A DNA stretch of 64,000 nt from a phage. The translations under genes were made by a program, and so were the position numbers. The DNA lies in the sequence record PZ171032.1. One strand, 5' to 3'. Positions within the stretch are counted from its first letter, which is position 1. Each line of letters starts with the position of its first letter. Of the stretch, positions 46,847 through 55,087 are shown in pieces. Below the pieces are notes generated by a model. That model was not told the DNA's origin and did not search any database. It saw nothing but the letters and a program-made list of their open reading frames with translations.

Positions 46847-47515
46847 TTAGATAGCTCCTGCGATAATCAGTGCCCCGTACCAAGTTAACCCGTTGTCGTA
46901 GGTTTCCAACTTGAAAATATCTGTTGCACCAGCTGTAAATGTTAGGATAGGATCTCTTCCGTAGGACCATTTAACATTACCAGGCCAATAGACTTTGTTG
47001 CCGCCAGAGGTCTGAGTAATGCATACGGTTATAGTTCTCGCCACTCCTTCAAGACCTTCTGTTTGATTTTCAAAAGAGATTGTGGTATTTGAAGTTAGTC
47101 GAACCTTAAAGGTATCCGCAACTTCAAGATCCATATCAAGCTGACCACCGATAGATCCGTAATCAACTATTCTGCCAGAAGAAGTTGCAGCAAGCTCACC
47201 AAAAACAGACCAGGCATTTGCAGACACACCCCCAGCACCCTCTACAGTGGAGTCTGGGAGGATTATTTTAGGATAATCCCCGTTCCACGTGTAGTAGCGC
47301 TTAGTTTCTGGGTCATAAGCAAAGTCCTTCTTGCTCTTAAGATAACCACCCTCTGTGAAATAGACTATCTTAGTAATGCTAAGATCGTTGACAACATCGT
47401 CAATCTTAGCCTTTCTTGTCCCATCAGTCTGGTTGACAACCAAGAAGTCATCACTCAGGACTGTTTCTGCATCTTCAAGATCTGGAATTGGTATTGTAGG
47501 ATAAGCTACAGCCAT
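46847..47515 (-). CDS. tailspike adapter/anchor protein
   Basis: 222 aa; N-terminus 'DDFLVVNQTDGTRKAKIDDVV...FTEGGYLKSKKDFAY' is homologous to the N-terminus of the 40400..44212 fiber. Confidence 0.55.
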   Translation of the reverse strand: MAVAYPTIPIPDLEDAETVLSDDFLVVNQTDGTRKAKIDDVVNDLSITKIVYFTEGGYLKSKKDFAYDPETKRYYTWNGDYPKIILPDSTVEGAGGVSANAWSVFGELAATSSGRIVDYGSIGGQLDMDLEVADTFKVRLTSNTTISFENQTEGLEGVARTITVCITQTSGGNKVYWPGNVKWSYGRDPILTFTAGATDIFKLETYDNGLTWYGALIIAGAI

Positions 47516-47524
47516 GATTTCTCC

Positions 47525-48241
47525 TTAGTTAACATCAATAGCACGACCAGACTGGTTGGCAATAGCCTCATCATTGGAGGTAGCAATAACACCAGAGTAT
47601 TCGCGCTCATCTGGAGCAAGCGTCCAGGTATTGCGGTTAATGGTTTGTTCTGCCTCAGTCATCAGCAGATCTTTATCCTGAGTCAACAGAGAGCCTACAG
47701 GGATCGGGTTTTCCATCTCAGGACCAGCATACTGGTTCCACCATGTGGCATCTCCGGTTCTAGGTAATCTGAAGTTGATCAGGTAGTACAGTTTATTAGC
47801 CCACTTAATCCAACCCTCATCATCACAGAGAGAGGTTGTCCCAGAATCAGGTTGTGGGTAGGTGAACTGATCAAGACCTACGAAAGCCAGCCTTACAATC
47901 TCGTTCTCTTTGGTAACAACCTCGAAGAACGCTTGGTATGTTCTCGATCTTCGGTCCATGGTAGACTGGAAGTTTATGATGTTTAGCACATCCGGCTCTT
48001 GTCTTGCCACTTCCATGATCTTGTTATCAAGAACAGTCTTCATGACCTTCTTGCTGAGAAAGTCCATATAAGGGAAGCCAAACAGCTCGTCAAAGTACCA
48101 GCTCCCCTTCCACGTATTAAACCTCATCCACAAGCGCTGGCGCAGACTTACCTGGTTTGAATCTATCAACTCAAGACCTTTGTCTATCGCCAAATCGCCT
48201 GTCTGCGGGTCCATCAATATATCACTATAAAGCGTAGCCAT
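47525..48241 (-). CDS. baseplate wedge protein, gp25/gpW-like
   Basis: 238 aa; N-terminal 'DPQTGDLAIDKGLELIDSNQVSLRQRLWMRFNTWKGSWYFDELFGFPYMDF' matches the GPW/gp25 pattern. Confidence 0.5.
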   Translation of the reverse strand: MATLYSDILMDPQTGDLAIDKGLELIDSNQVSLRQRLWMRFNTWKGSWYFDELFGFPYMDFLSKKVMKTVLDNKIMEVARQEPDVLNIINFQSTMDRRSRTYQAFFEVVTKENEIVRLAFVGLDQFTYPQPDSGTTSLCDDEGWIKWANKLYYLINFRLPRTGDATWWNQYAGPEMENPIPVGSLLTQDKDLLMTEAEQTINRNTWTLAPDEREYSGVIATSNDEAIANQSGRAIDVN

Positions 48242-48253
48242 GAAAGCCCTCTA

Positions 48254-48931
48254 TTAGTGCGGTCCACTTGTCTCGCCATCAGGGCAAGAGTGGGTATGAC
48301 CTTTATATTCTGCATAGAATGAATCCAAATCCACACCTGCAGCAGTTATAATTCTACCAGATGGGTCTATTGTAGCACCATTCATTCTGATATTCCCATC
48401 CACAGCAGCTCGCAAATTGGCAGCCCCGTTAGTGAAAGAAAACTCCCCGCTGCTGTCGCACCGTAATGTCCCACCAGGTGTTTGAAGCTCAAAATCGCCA
48501 GAAGGTGTCAGTTTAAAATAAACTCTATCATTCCATAACTCTACGTTATCAGGATCGATCTGTAAGGCGTTTGAGTCTGAATGAACAGAGGTGATTGCCC
48601 ACCCTGGAAACAGGCCGTGAGTTTGTTGATCGTCATTATTGTTTTCATTCCTCTCTGAAAACTGCAATCCTACAACATCTCCAGCCTTAATAGGAAGTGT
48701 TAACCTTGCCTTTCCGCTGTTTGCAGACATCACCTGAATTGGAACGTCATAGATAAGAGGGTATCTCTCCACATCTCCGTCATCAAACGTGGTTTCAGCT
48801 ATTGGCTGCACGGCTGCAGAAGGTATACTGTAGTCAACACTGACAACTCTGGCCCTGATACTTGTGTGGTAATCCCTCATTATTTTTTCTATGAAGGATC
48901 TTACAGCAGCATCTTTCCTATTTATTGCCAT
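48254..48931 (-). CDS. baseplate central spike, gpV-like
   Basis: 225 aa; C-terminal 'YKGHTHSCPDGETSGPH' is an apex-type His-containing motif; sits between the baseplate hub and wedge genes. Confidence 0.55.
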   Translation of the reverse strand: MAINRKDAAVRSFIEKIMRDYHTSIRARVVSVDYSIPSAAVQPIAETTFDDGDVERYPLIYDVPIQVMSANSGKARLTLPIKAGDVVGLQFSERNENNNDDQQTHGLFPGWAITSVHSDSNALQIDPDNVELWNDRVYFKLTPSGDFELQTPGGTLRCDSSGEFSFTNGAANLRAAVDGNIRMNGATIDPSGRIITAAGVDLDSFYAEYKGHTHSCPDGETSGPH

Positions 48932-49935
48932 TATACCTCCTCAGTTTTGTCAACAACTCCACCCACTGTTTCCCCAAGGCCAAGCTCTGTAGTGTAATCA
49001 CCTCCTTCTATGGTGCCCTTATGATGCACCGTGATCACCTTATAGAATCCTGTATATTGCTTGCTTTTAAGATAAATAGTGGACTCTGGGAGGATAGCTC
49101 CGTTAAGGCATGTGGTTACAGTAAGGCCAACATCCTCTCTCGGGTTTTTCTTTTTCTTTTTAGATGTCGAACCACCTTTGGCAGCAGCTTTAGCTTTTCG
49201 TTTTTTAGCAGGTTCTGGGTTTTTAGGGGTAGGCGATCCGTGCATCCCAGACTCTGCACTTATTTCAAACACAGAGTCTTTGAACCTTTTTCCAACCTTG
49301 GTCCAATACAAAGCTCCATCCTGAACGCTAAACGTGGAGTTGGTCAGCCTTGCAAACCTGCGTAGGTTCTCTGCAGTGTTTCCAGAGAAAGCCATAGAGT
49401 ATTGCAAAGTCTGGTTTCCAAAACCAACAACCCTACCTTTTGGCAAGTTCATATCCTTCAGCAGGTCATTAAGCACAGAATTCAGAGGTGTTCCTTTCTG
49501 ATAAGATCTTGTGCTTTGGCACTTAATGATGTTCTCAGTACCATCCCCAAAGATGAACTTAGTTTTTCTGGTCGGACCTTCCCACCTGTCTTCAACAAAC
49601 TCTACAGTTCCGGAGAATATCAACTGGTTCTCATCATCATAGCCAGCCTCAAACATGACTGCAAGGGCATCAGCCTGATGCATATCCAGATAGTTAACTG
49701 TATCGTCAGACAGGTTGTAAACTGTCACATAACCTTTGTTTGGCTCTTTGGTATTGTCCTTTTGTATGTCAAACTCTATATTGGCAGCACCAGTGTCTGA
49801 GCTAACTTCATAAACTCCGGAATCACTATCCCCTTTCTTTTCAACAGATTTTGGGATATTGGTTTTTGATTTACCGCCATGTTCTACCGGACGACCAAAC
49901 AATAATCGCCATGTTCTACGTCTGTACTCTGCCAT
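48931..49935 (-). CDS. baseplate hub/tail protein with Lys-rich low-complexity insert
   Basis: 334 aa; contains 'PAKKRKAKAAAKGGSTSKKKKKNPRE'; assignment by position after the tape measure gene. Confidence 0.45.
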   Translation of the reverse strand: MAEYRRRTWRLLFGRPVEHGGKSKTNIPKSVEKKGDSDSGVYEVSSDTGAANIEFDIQKDNTKEPNKGYVTVYNLSDDTVNYLDMHQADALAVMFEAGYDDENQLIFSGTVEFVEDRWEGPTRKTKFIFGDGTENIIKCQSTRSYQKGTPLNSVLNDLLKDMNLPKGRVVGFGNQTLQYSMAFSGNTAENLRRFARLTNSTFSVQDGALYWTKVGKRFKDSVFEISAESGMHGSPTPKNPEPAKKRKAKAAAKGGSTSKKKKKNPREDVGLTVTTCLNGAILPESTIYLKSKQYTGFYKVITVHHKGTIEGGDYTTELGLGETVGGVVDKTEEV

Positions 49936-50315
49936 TATTCTAACCCTTGCTGTTCCTTGTAAAGATCAACCGGAGTGCCGTATACAAGTTGTAGCTCAGA
50001 TCTCGCCCCAAGGTTATATCTTCCAACCCTACCCCAATATTGATCGTCTTTAAACGACAGCACCATCAGTCTACCTTTCGGTAAATCATCTCTGTAATGC
50101 AGTCCGTCTAAAATATCTTGACAAGCTGTTACTTTTCTGGTTACTAAAGGGCTGTCACCTACTGGACCAAGAGATAACCACCAGGACTCATCCCTCTCAT
50201 TCCATTGCATACGCATTTCATACGTTTCGTTGTCTAAAACAACACGCATGGTTTGATCAGGAAAGCCGTCAATGTCCCACACAAAGGTGATTATGCACCA
50301 ATCTTTAAGCTCCAT
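49935..50315 (-). CDS. hypothetical tail/baseplate protein
   Basis: 126-aa ORF, translationally coupled to its neighbours. Confidence 0.5.
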   Translation of the reverse strand: MELKDWCIITFVWDIDGFPDQTMRVVLDNETYEMRMQWNERDESWWLSLGPVGDSPLVTRKVTACQDILDGLHYRDDLPKGRLMVLSFKDDQYWGRVGRYNLGARSELQLVYGTPVDLYKEQQGLE

Positions 50316-50327
50316 TATACGCTCCCC

Positions 50328-51212
50328 TTATTTCCCGTTAACTCTGTTGTAGTTTCCCTGCTCAGATGGGACTATGGTAGAGGGTCTTCCATATTCCTGA
50401 TAATACCAATCAGCAGCTGATTGGGTAACACCGTTTTCATCTGTCCACATCATGGATTTATATGGCTGCCACTCCTCTGCAGCATTTGTGGATGCAGTGT
50501 CTGCAAATGCCCCTGTGTCCCTCTTGTTACCTACGTTACTACCATTCTTACAGTCGTTGACAGCACCTTTTTGTTGGGTCTTGCCTACTTTCTTGGGATT
50601 GCTGTATACAGTTGCATTAACAACCTTGTTCAAGTAGAATGTGCGGAACTCTGTAAGTTCTACATCAAAAACCATTGCAGCACCTTCGCCAACAGACTTG
50701 CTGGCAGAAAGACTGGTTATGATATAGTTCTCAAGAAGTCTCTCCTCGGTAACCAAAGAAACCAACTGTCGCTTATTAATGATCTCAGTCAAAGCCTCCA
50801 GTGCAGCACTTGGTCGCATAGATGCTGCGGGGTTTTTAGAGTCAGTATTCCTATCGATGTAGTTTTGCTCATAGATTATATGTGGAGATGTATTTACCCT
50901 ACCAGTAAAAGAAAATACACCATCTTTAATTACAGCGTGGTCTGACAGGGTAGATTTATCTTCCACCGCAAACCCAGTCTTATCAACAGAATGTTTGAAA
51001 GAGTAATTCTCAACCTGATCGAAGATAATGGCAAGATCGTTAGTAAAGTTTTTACCCTTCATCTCTATGTTGCGACCGCCATAGTTAAGACCGCTGACAA
51101 ACATGGTGTACTTTACATCGCTTTCGGTTTGCTGCTCTGCCTTTTCAGCCTTTGGAGATTTAACCTCTCGAGGCTTGTACAGGTCTTTTTCATCAACTAT
51201 ATTACTTTGCAT
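50328..51212 (-). CDS. tail/baseplate protein (post-tape-measure gene)
   Basis: Start re-assigned to the ATG of MQSNIV (preceded by GGAGAGG); the ORF-track start at 51239 lies inside the promoter region. Confidence 0.5.
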   Translation of the reverse strand: MQSNIVDEKDLYKPREVKSPKAEKAEQQTESDVKYTMFVSGLNYGGRNIEMKGKNFTNDLAIIFDQVENYSFKHSVDKTGFAVEDKSTLSDHAVIKDGVFSFTGRVNTSPHIIYEQNYIDRNTDSKNPAASMRPSAALEALTEIINKRQLVSLVTEERLLENYIITSLSASKSVGEGAAMVFDVELTEFRTFYLNKVVNATVYSNPKKVGKTQQKGAVNDCKNGSNVGNKRDTGAFADTASTNAAEEWQPYKSMMWTDENGVTQSAADWYYQEYGRPSTIVPSEQGNYNRVNGK

Positions 51213-51245
51213 AACCTCTCCAGGACACTCCGATACCATCTAAAT

Positions 51246-51274
51246 ATTGTATCATAAAATAGCCGTTTTTACAA
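51246..51274 (-). promoter_or_regulatory. sigma70-like promoter
   Basis: On the minus strand: -35 TTGTAA, 17-bp spacer, -10 TACAAT, between the 51290 terminator and the gene start. Confidence 0.35.
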
Positions 51275-51289
51275 CACTGATAGAATAAA

Positions 51290-51305
51290 GGGGGCCAGAG
51301 CCCCC
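51290..51305 (-). terminator. rho-independent terminator after the tape measure gene
   Basis: gggggc-caga-gccccc hairpin followed on the minus strand by TTTATTCTAT. Confidence 0.6.
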
Positions 51306-51316
51306 TGCACAGTTTA

Positions 51317-53653
51317 TTACCAAAGGTCGGTAGACATGAAGTTGATATCTTTATTGTTCTCCCACTCCAGTTTTGCATCAAATATTTTGTTAAACTCACC
51401 CTCATCTATTGAAATCGTGATTTTCCCATCACTGATTTCTAAAGGTAACATTTCCATAGTTCTTAATTGAGAAGCAAAACCAGGGCCACCTGGTAACGGA
51501 AGAGTCCCGCCCGGCAAGGTGTCCAAAGGATTAACAAACCCGTTACCTCCTGATATGATATCTTTGCGAATCATATCGCTGATAGTATCCAGCTGCTGAT
51601 TTCTTTCACTCAACGGGTTGTAACGGTCATTAAACAATTCCCCGGCGCTTAGTATTGTACCGATAATGCCTAACTTACCGAGCAGACCAACTTTGCCACC
51701 AGGTGTCTTGAGGCCACCTCCCCCCTTTCCTGCCGGAGCGCCACCACCAGATCCTTCTGTAGTAGCGGCACCCGCTGCTCCAGCTGCACCCCTTAGAGAG
51801 TTAAGGAATTTAAAGGTTTTTACAAGCATGGATGCCATGACAAAACCTTTTGTAAGGGCGTTCACTACCAGCATGATGGCAGCAGCAAACCCTGCCCATT
51901 TAGCATAGCTAAAGGTGTCATGAAGCTCTTCAGAATATTCCTTCGTCTTGGCTGTTATGAATCCCCATTTAATCCCCCATTCAAGGAAAAACATGCGGAT
52001 CTTGACTATAGTGTTGTTTAGTTCACCAACTACCCAGTTAAGGCCTCTCACAAATCCACTAACAAAATCACCAGAGGCATCCCACACAAATTGCAGAGTC
52101 TCGCCAGTGCGGATTAGTGTATAATAGAACTCTGTCAGTTCGTCAGACCAACGGGTGAACAGTTTCTGACGAGTCAGTTCGATGAAGGTTTTCAGTCTGT
52201 TTTCTGCCAGCACGTTAGACTTCTGCATTCTTTCATAGCCAGCTGCAGATGCCTCGTTCATGTACTTAGCCACATACTTCATGATCTTGGCTGTTTTAAC
52301 CTCACCTTTCTTCATCATGTCCATGAACTGATCCATGGATAGTTCAGAAAGACCAAAAGCCTCTTTAGTGGCCTTGATAAAAGGTTCGTATGCACCCGGC
52401 AATGCTTCAGCAAGTTGTTGCTTCAGTTCTTCGGACATTACTTGTCCTTTCCCAAGCATCTGTTGGATTGCCATAATACCGCGCTGGTATTTTACCTCAT
52501 CAGCACCATAAGCAGCAGCATACTGGGAGTATGCAGAAAACAGCTCATGCACTTCCTGATTTGTCATCTGGTTTTTGGCGTTTACCGACATCTGGGCGTA
52601 ACCTTGAAGACCAGATTTGAGATCAAAACCAAGACGCATAGCCTCTTGCTGGACAAACGCAACCTCACTGTTGGCTTTGTTTGGATCTCCAGTAACAGCA
52701 GTAAGAGCAGCACTTGCGCCCTCCATCATGTGACCGGATCTGTTAACCGCAGCAAATCCAGAAAAAGCTGTATACGCAGCTGTTGCATTAATAACAGATC
52801 TACGTAAGTCTCTCATGGCATCGCCTAGTGTAAGCGTTTGGCTGGTGGCACTTTTAAATCCAGACTGCAGCGCTGACAGGTGGGCGTTAAAGGTTGACTT
52901 TTTCATTTCCCCGCGAGCAAACCTGGACTCTAACTCTGAGTATCCTGGCAAGCTTCCACGGAATCCTGCCCCATACTTGGCAGAGAGTCTTATCGCAGAG
53001 TTGTAGAGGTGGGTTCTTCTTGCCTCACGATCCGACATAAGCCTATTATCCATACCAGCTTTACTGTCTCTTCTTAGCTGTCTATGATAACGATTCATAG
53101 CGGCTGTCTGGGCTTTCACAAGATTAGGATCTGAAGCCACCCCACCCATGTTCGGGTTGCCTGGAATATATCTGAAAGACTTGGCGTTAGCAAGAACTCT
53201 TGCCTTAGGTGCCTTATAACCCCCATAGGATACTGGTGCAGATTTGGCAGCTTTTTTAGCCTCTTTAGCTTGCTGCTGGTAGAACTTACGCATCCTAGCC
53301 ATCTCTGGGTTTTTGGCGGTAAGATTGCCTACAGCTTGCCTACGTCTTGCATTCTCCCTACGCTCTATTGCAGCCTTTACTGCAGCCTCTTTCTTGGCCT
53401 GAGCAACGCTCTCCCTGTGCAGTTTAGCATTTGCCTGAGATTGCTGTCTGGCAACCCTCTGCATTGTCTGCTGGGTTTTAACAGCTACCGCCTGCCATCT
53501 ACTCATGGGGTTGGCTGAGTTAAAATCCTCGCCCAGTTTCCTGAACTCCCTCCCAATACTGCGAATTTTCTCTACAGCTTTTTTGTAGGAGGAGTTCTCT
53601 ATCTCAAAGCCAATCTTGTTGACTGTTGTGGCAACTATTTTGTTTGTAGCCAT
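51317..53653 (-). CDS. tail tape measure protein
   Basis: 778 aa, Ala/Gln/Lys-rich helical N-terminal half, Gly-rich C-terminal region; position after the frameshifted chaperone pair. Confidence 0.8.
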   Translation of the reverse strand: MATNKIVATTVNKIGFEIENSSYKKAVEKIRSIGREFRKLGEDFNSANPMSRWQAVAVKTQQTMQRVARQQSQANAKLHRESVAQAKKEAAVKAAIERRENARRRQAVGNLTAKNPEMARMRKFYQQQAKEAKKAAKSAPVSYGGYKAPKARVLANAKSFRYIPGNPNMGGVASDPNLVKAQTAAMNRYHRQLRRDSKAGMDNRLMSDREARRTHLYNSAIRLSAKYGAGFRGSLPGYSELESRFARGEMKKSTFNAHLSALQSGFKSATSQTLTLGDAMRDLRRSVINATAAYTAFSGFAAVNRSGHMMEGASAALTAVTGDPNKANSEVAFVQQEAMRLGFDLKSGLQGYAQMSVNAKNQMTNQEVHELFSAYSQYAAAYGADEVKYQRGIMAIQQMLGKGQVMSEELKQQLAEALPGAYEPFIKATKEAFGLSELSMDQFMDMMKKGEVKTAKIMKYVAKYMNEASAAGYERMQKSNVLAENRLKTFIELTRQKLFTRWSDELTEFYYTLIRTGETLQFVWDASGDFVSGFVRGLNWVVGELNNTIVKIRMFFLEWGIKWGFITAKTKEYSEELHDTFSYAKWAGFAAAIMLVVNALTKGFVMASMLVKTFKFLNSLRGAAGAAGAATTEGSGGGAPAGKGGGGLKTPGGKVGLLGKLGIIGTILSAGELFNDRYNPLSERNQQLDTISDMIRKDIISGGNGFVNPLDTLPGGTLPLPGGPGFASQLRTMEMLPLEISDGKITISIDEGEFNKIFDAKLEWENNKDINFMSTDLW

Positions 53654-53707
53654 GGTTTCCTCATAATAAAAAGGGCCAGATCCCAGAAAAGGAATCCGGC
53701 CCTTAGA

Positions 53708-53956
53708 TTATCCTCTCCTGCGCTTAGCTTTCGCAGCAGCTGCGGCAGCCTTCTGCTCCCGCTCCATTTCCCTGTTTTGGACGGTATCTAGGAATTCTTC
53801 GATATCAAGATACTCACAGAGCTTCAGGAAATACGCCATATCTGCAAGATTTAGCGATTCAAAATTTTCCCCTTTGAAATTCTTGAGCACCCTGCACCAA
53901 AGAAAGTCGAACCAGTTGAGTGAACTATTCTTAGCTGCCCACTCACTGGCCCTCAC
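53708..53956 (-). CDS. tail assembly chaperone, frameshift extension segment (T-like part)
   Basis: 82-aa ORF with GTG start, in the -1 frame relative to 53968..54441; that frame is open upstream back to the slippery site. Confidence 0.55.
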   Translation of the reverse strand: MRASEWAAKNSSLNWFDFLWCRVLKNFKGENFESLNLADMAYFLKLCEYLDIEEFLDTVQNREMEREQKAAAAAAKAKRRRG

Positions 53957-53967
53957 AACAACCTTGC

Positions 53968-54441
53968 TTATTCCTGCTCTTCCGGAGTCTGATCCAGGTT
54001 GTTCACCTGCTGAATCATACCCATCTGCTGTAACATCTCCAGAAGGCTTCCTAAACCGTCTTGTGTGAAAAAACAGCCGTAGTTAACCTCCAGAACCTTA
54101 CCTGCCAGCTTAATCATCTCCAGCAGATGCCCTGCAAACACAACATCAGGGTTAAGCTTATCCACACCATCTACGGTAATATCTTCGAACAAGATTTTAA
54201 ATAACTCTTCAATAGAGCTATCATCGAGTTCTTGGAACAGGTAAGCCAGAGCAGTAGGAAGGACCTCTGCCATATTCTGACCACCAGAGATAATAGATCC
54301 ACCGATAGCACCTAGCGGGACAGCCACAATCTTACCGATTTTAGGCATGTTTTTCATTGCTTTCATCGGTCCCCAGTGGGTGATCACGAAGTTGTGCCCT
54401 GCTAAATCAATCTCTGTTGTAGGTCTAAAGTTTATAGCCAT
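53968..54441 (-). CDS. tail assembly chaperone (G-like part)
   Basis: 157 aa, between the tube and tape measure genes; contains an in-frame U UUU UUC slippery heptamer. Confidence 0.65.
   Translation of the reverse strand: MAINFRPTTEIDLAGHNFVITHWGPMKAMKNMPKIGKIVAVPLGAIGGSIISGGQNMAEVLPTALAYLFQELDDSSIEELFKILFEDITVDGVDKLNPDVVFAGHLLEMIKLAGKVLEVNYGCFFTQDGLGSLLEMLQQMGMIQQVNNLDQTPEEQE
54067..54073 (-). other. candidate programmed -1 ribosomal frameshift site
   Basis: Minus-strand heptamer T TTT TTC, phased X XXY YYZ with the 53968..54441 reading frame; the -1 frame is open from here through the 53708..53956 ORF. Confidence 0.5.
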
Positions 54442-54484
54442 TTTATAGCATCCTTATTAGTCATGTTGTGCACCATATTTGTGT

Positions 54485-54513
54485 ATTTTACCATGATTAT
54501 GGTGCATTGTCAA
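54485..54513 (-). promoter_or_regulatory. sigma70-like promoter with extended -10 and overlapping inverted repeat
   Basis: On the minus strand: -35 TTGACA (reverse complement of 54508-54513), 17-bp spacer, TGG-TAAAAT; a 9-bp inverted repeat TGCACCATA / TATGGTGCA (54469-54477 and 54498-54506) straddles the -10 element. Confidence 0.55.
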
Positions 54514-54565
54514 TTTAACCTTTCAAGCAATTCAAGAACGTGTGTCAAAACCATAAAAGCAAAAA

Positions 54566-54585
54566 GCCCCACCCGAAGGTGAGGC
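54566..54585 (-). terminator. rho-independent terminator after the tube gene
   Basis: Minus-strand GCCTCACC-TTCG-GGTGGGGC hairpin (one G-U pair) followed by TTTTTGCTTTTAT. Confidence 0.65.
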
Positions 54586-54603
54586 TTATGCTAAAGTGTG
54601 CCC

Positions 54604-55077
54604 TTAGATAATACCTGCAAGACCTGCGAGGCCAGTAAGAGCACCAGTGATGTTATCACGGTTGAGCCATGCATCCAGAATACCGATATCCCAGTCCAGT
54701 TGGCCTACTTCGGTTCCGTAAGTCAGGTCAGGCTGTTTCTGGATCCAACCGATTGTGGAAATACCAGGACCCTGGCTACCTTCCAGCAGAACCGGGAAGA
54801 ATACCAGACCAGTAATCGATGCCTGTTTCTGCCAGTCAGAAAGGTAAGCGTTCCATACAGAAGTGTTCTGCAAAGACACGGTCATAACACCAGATTGGTT
54901 ACGGGACAGAGCTGCAGACATTTCACCATCCACACCAACGTGAGGATAAATGTTGTCTTCGTTTCTTGAAACAACAATCTTGGTGTCAGCAGCGAAGCCA
55001 GTGACACGCTGCTGCATCAGATACAGTTTGACCTTTTTAGGGTCATACGCATAAGGAGTTAAAATTTGAGTTTCCAT
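54604..55077 (-). CDS. tail tube protein
   Basis: 157-aa ORF directly downstream of the sheath-sized gene and upstream of the chaperone/tape-measure unit; followed by a strong terminator. Confidence 0.55.
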   Translation of the reverse strand: METQILTPYAYDPKKVKLYLMQQRVTGFAADTKIVVSRNEDNIYPHVGVDGEMSAALSRNQSGVMTVSLQNTSVWNAYLSDWQKQASITGLVFFPVLLEGSQGPGISTIGWIQKQPDLTYGTEVGQLDWDIGILDAWLNRDNITGALTGLAGLAGII

Positions 55078-55087
55078 CTAGGCTTCC

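Noticed and set aside
19392-47515. Diversity-generating retroelement acting on the fiber genes
   Set aside because: No reverse transcriptase ORF and no template/variable repeat pair with adenine-specific differences were seen. The duplicated fiber tips differ throughout rather than only at adenine-coded positions.
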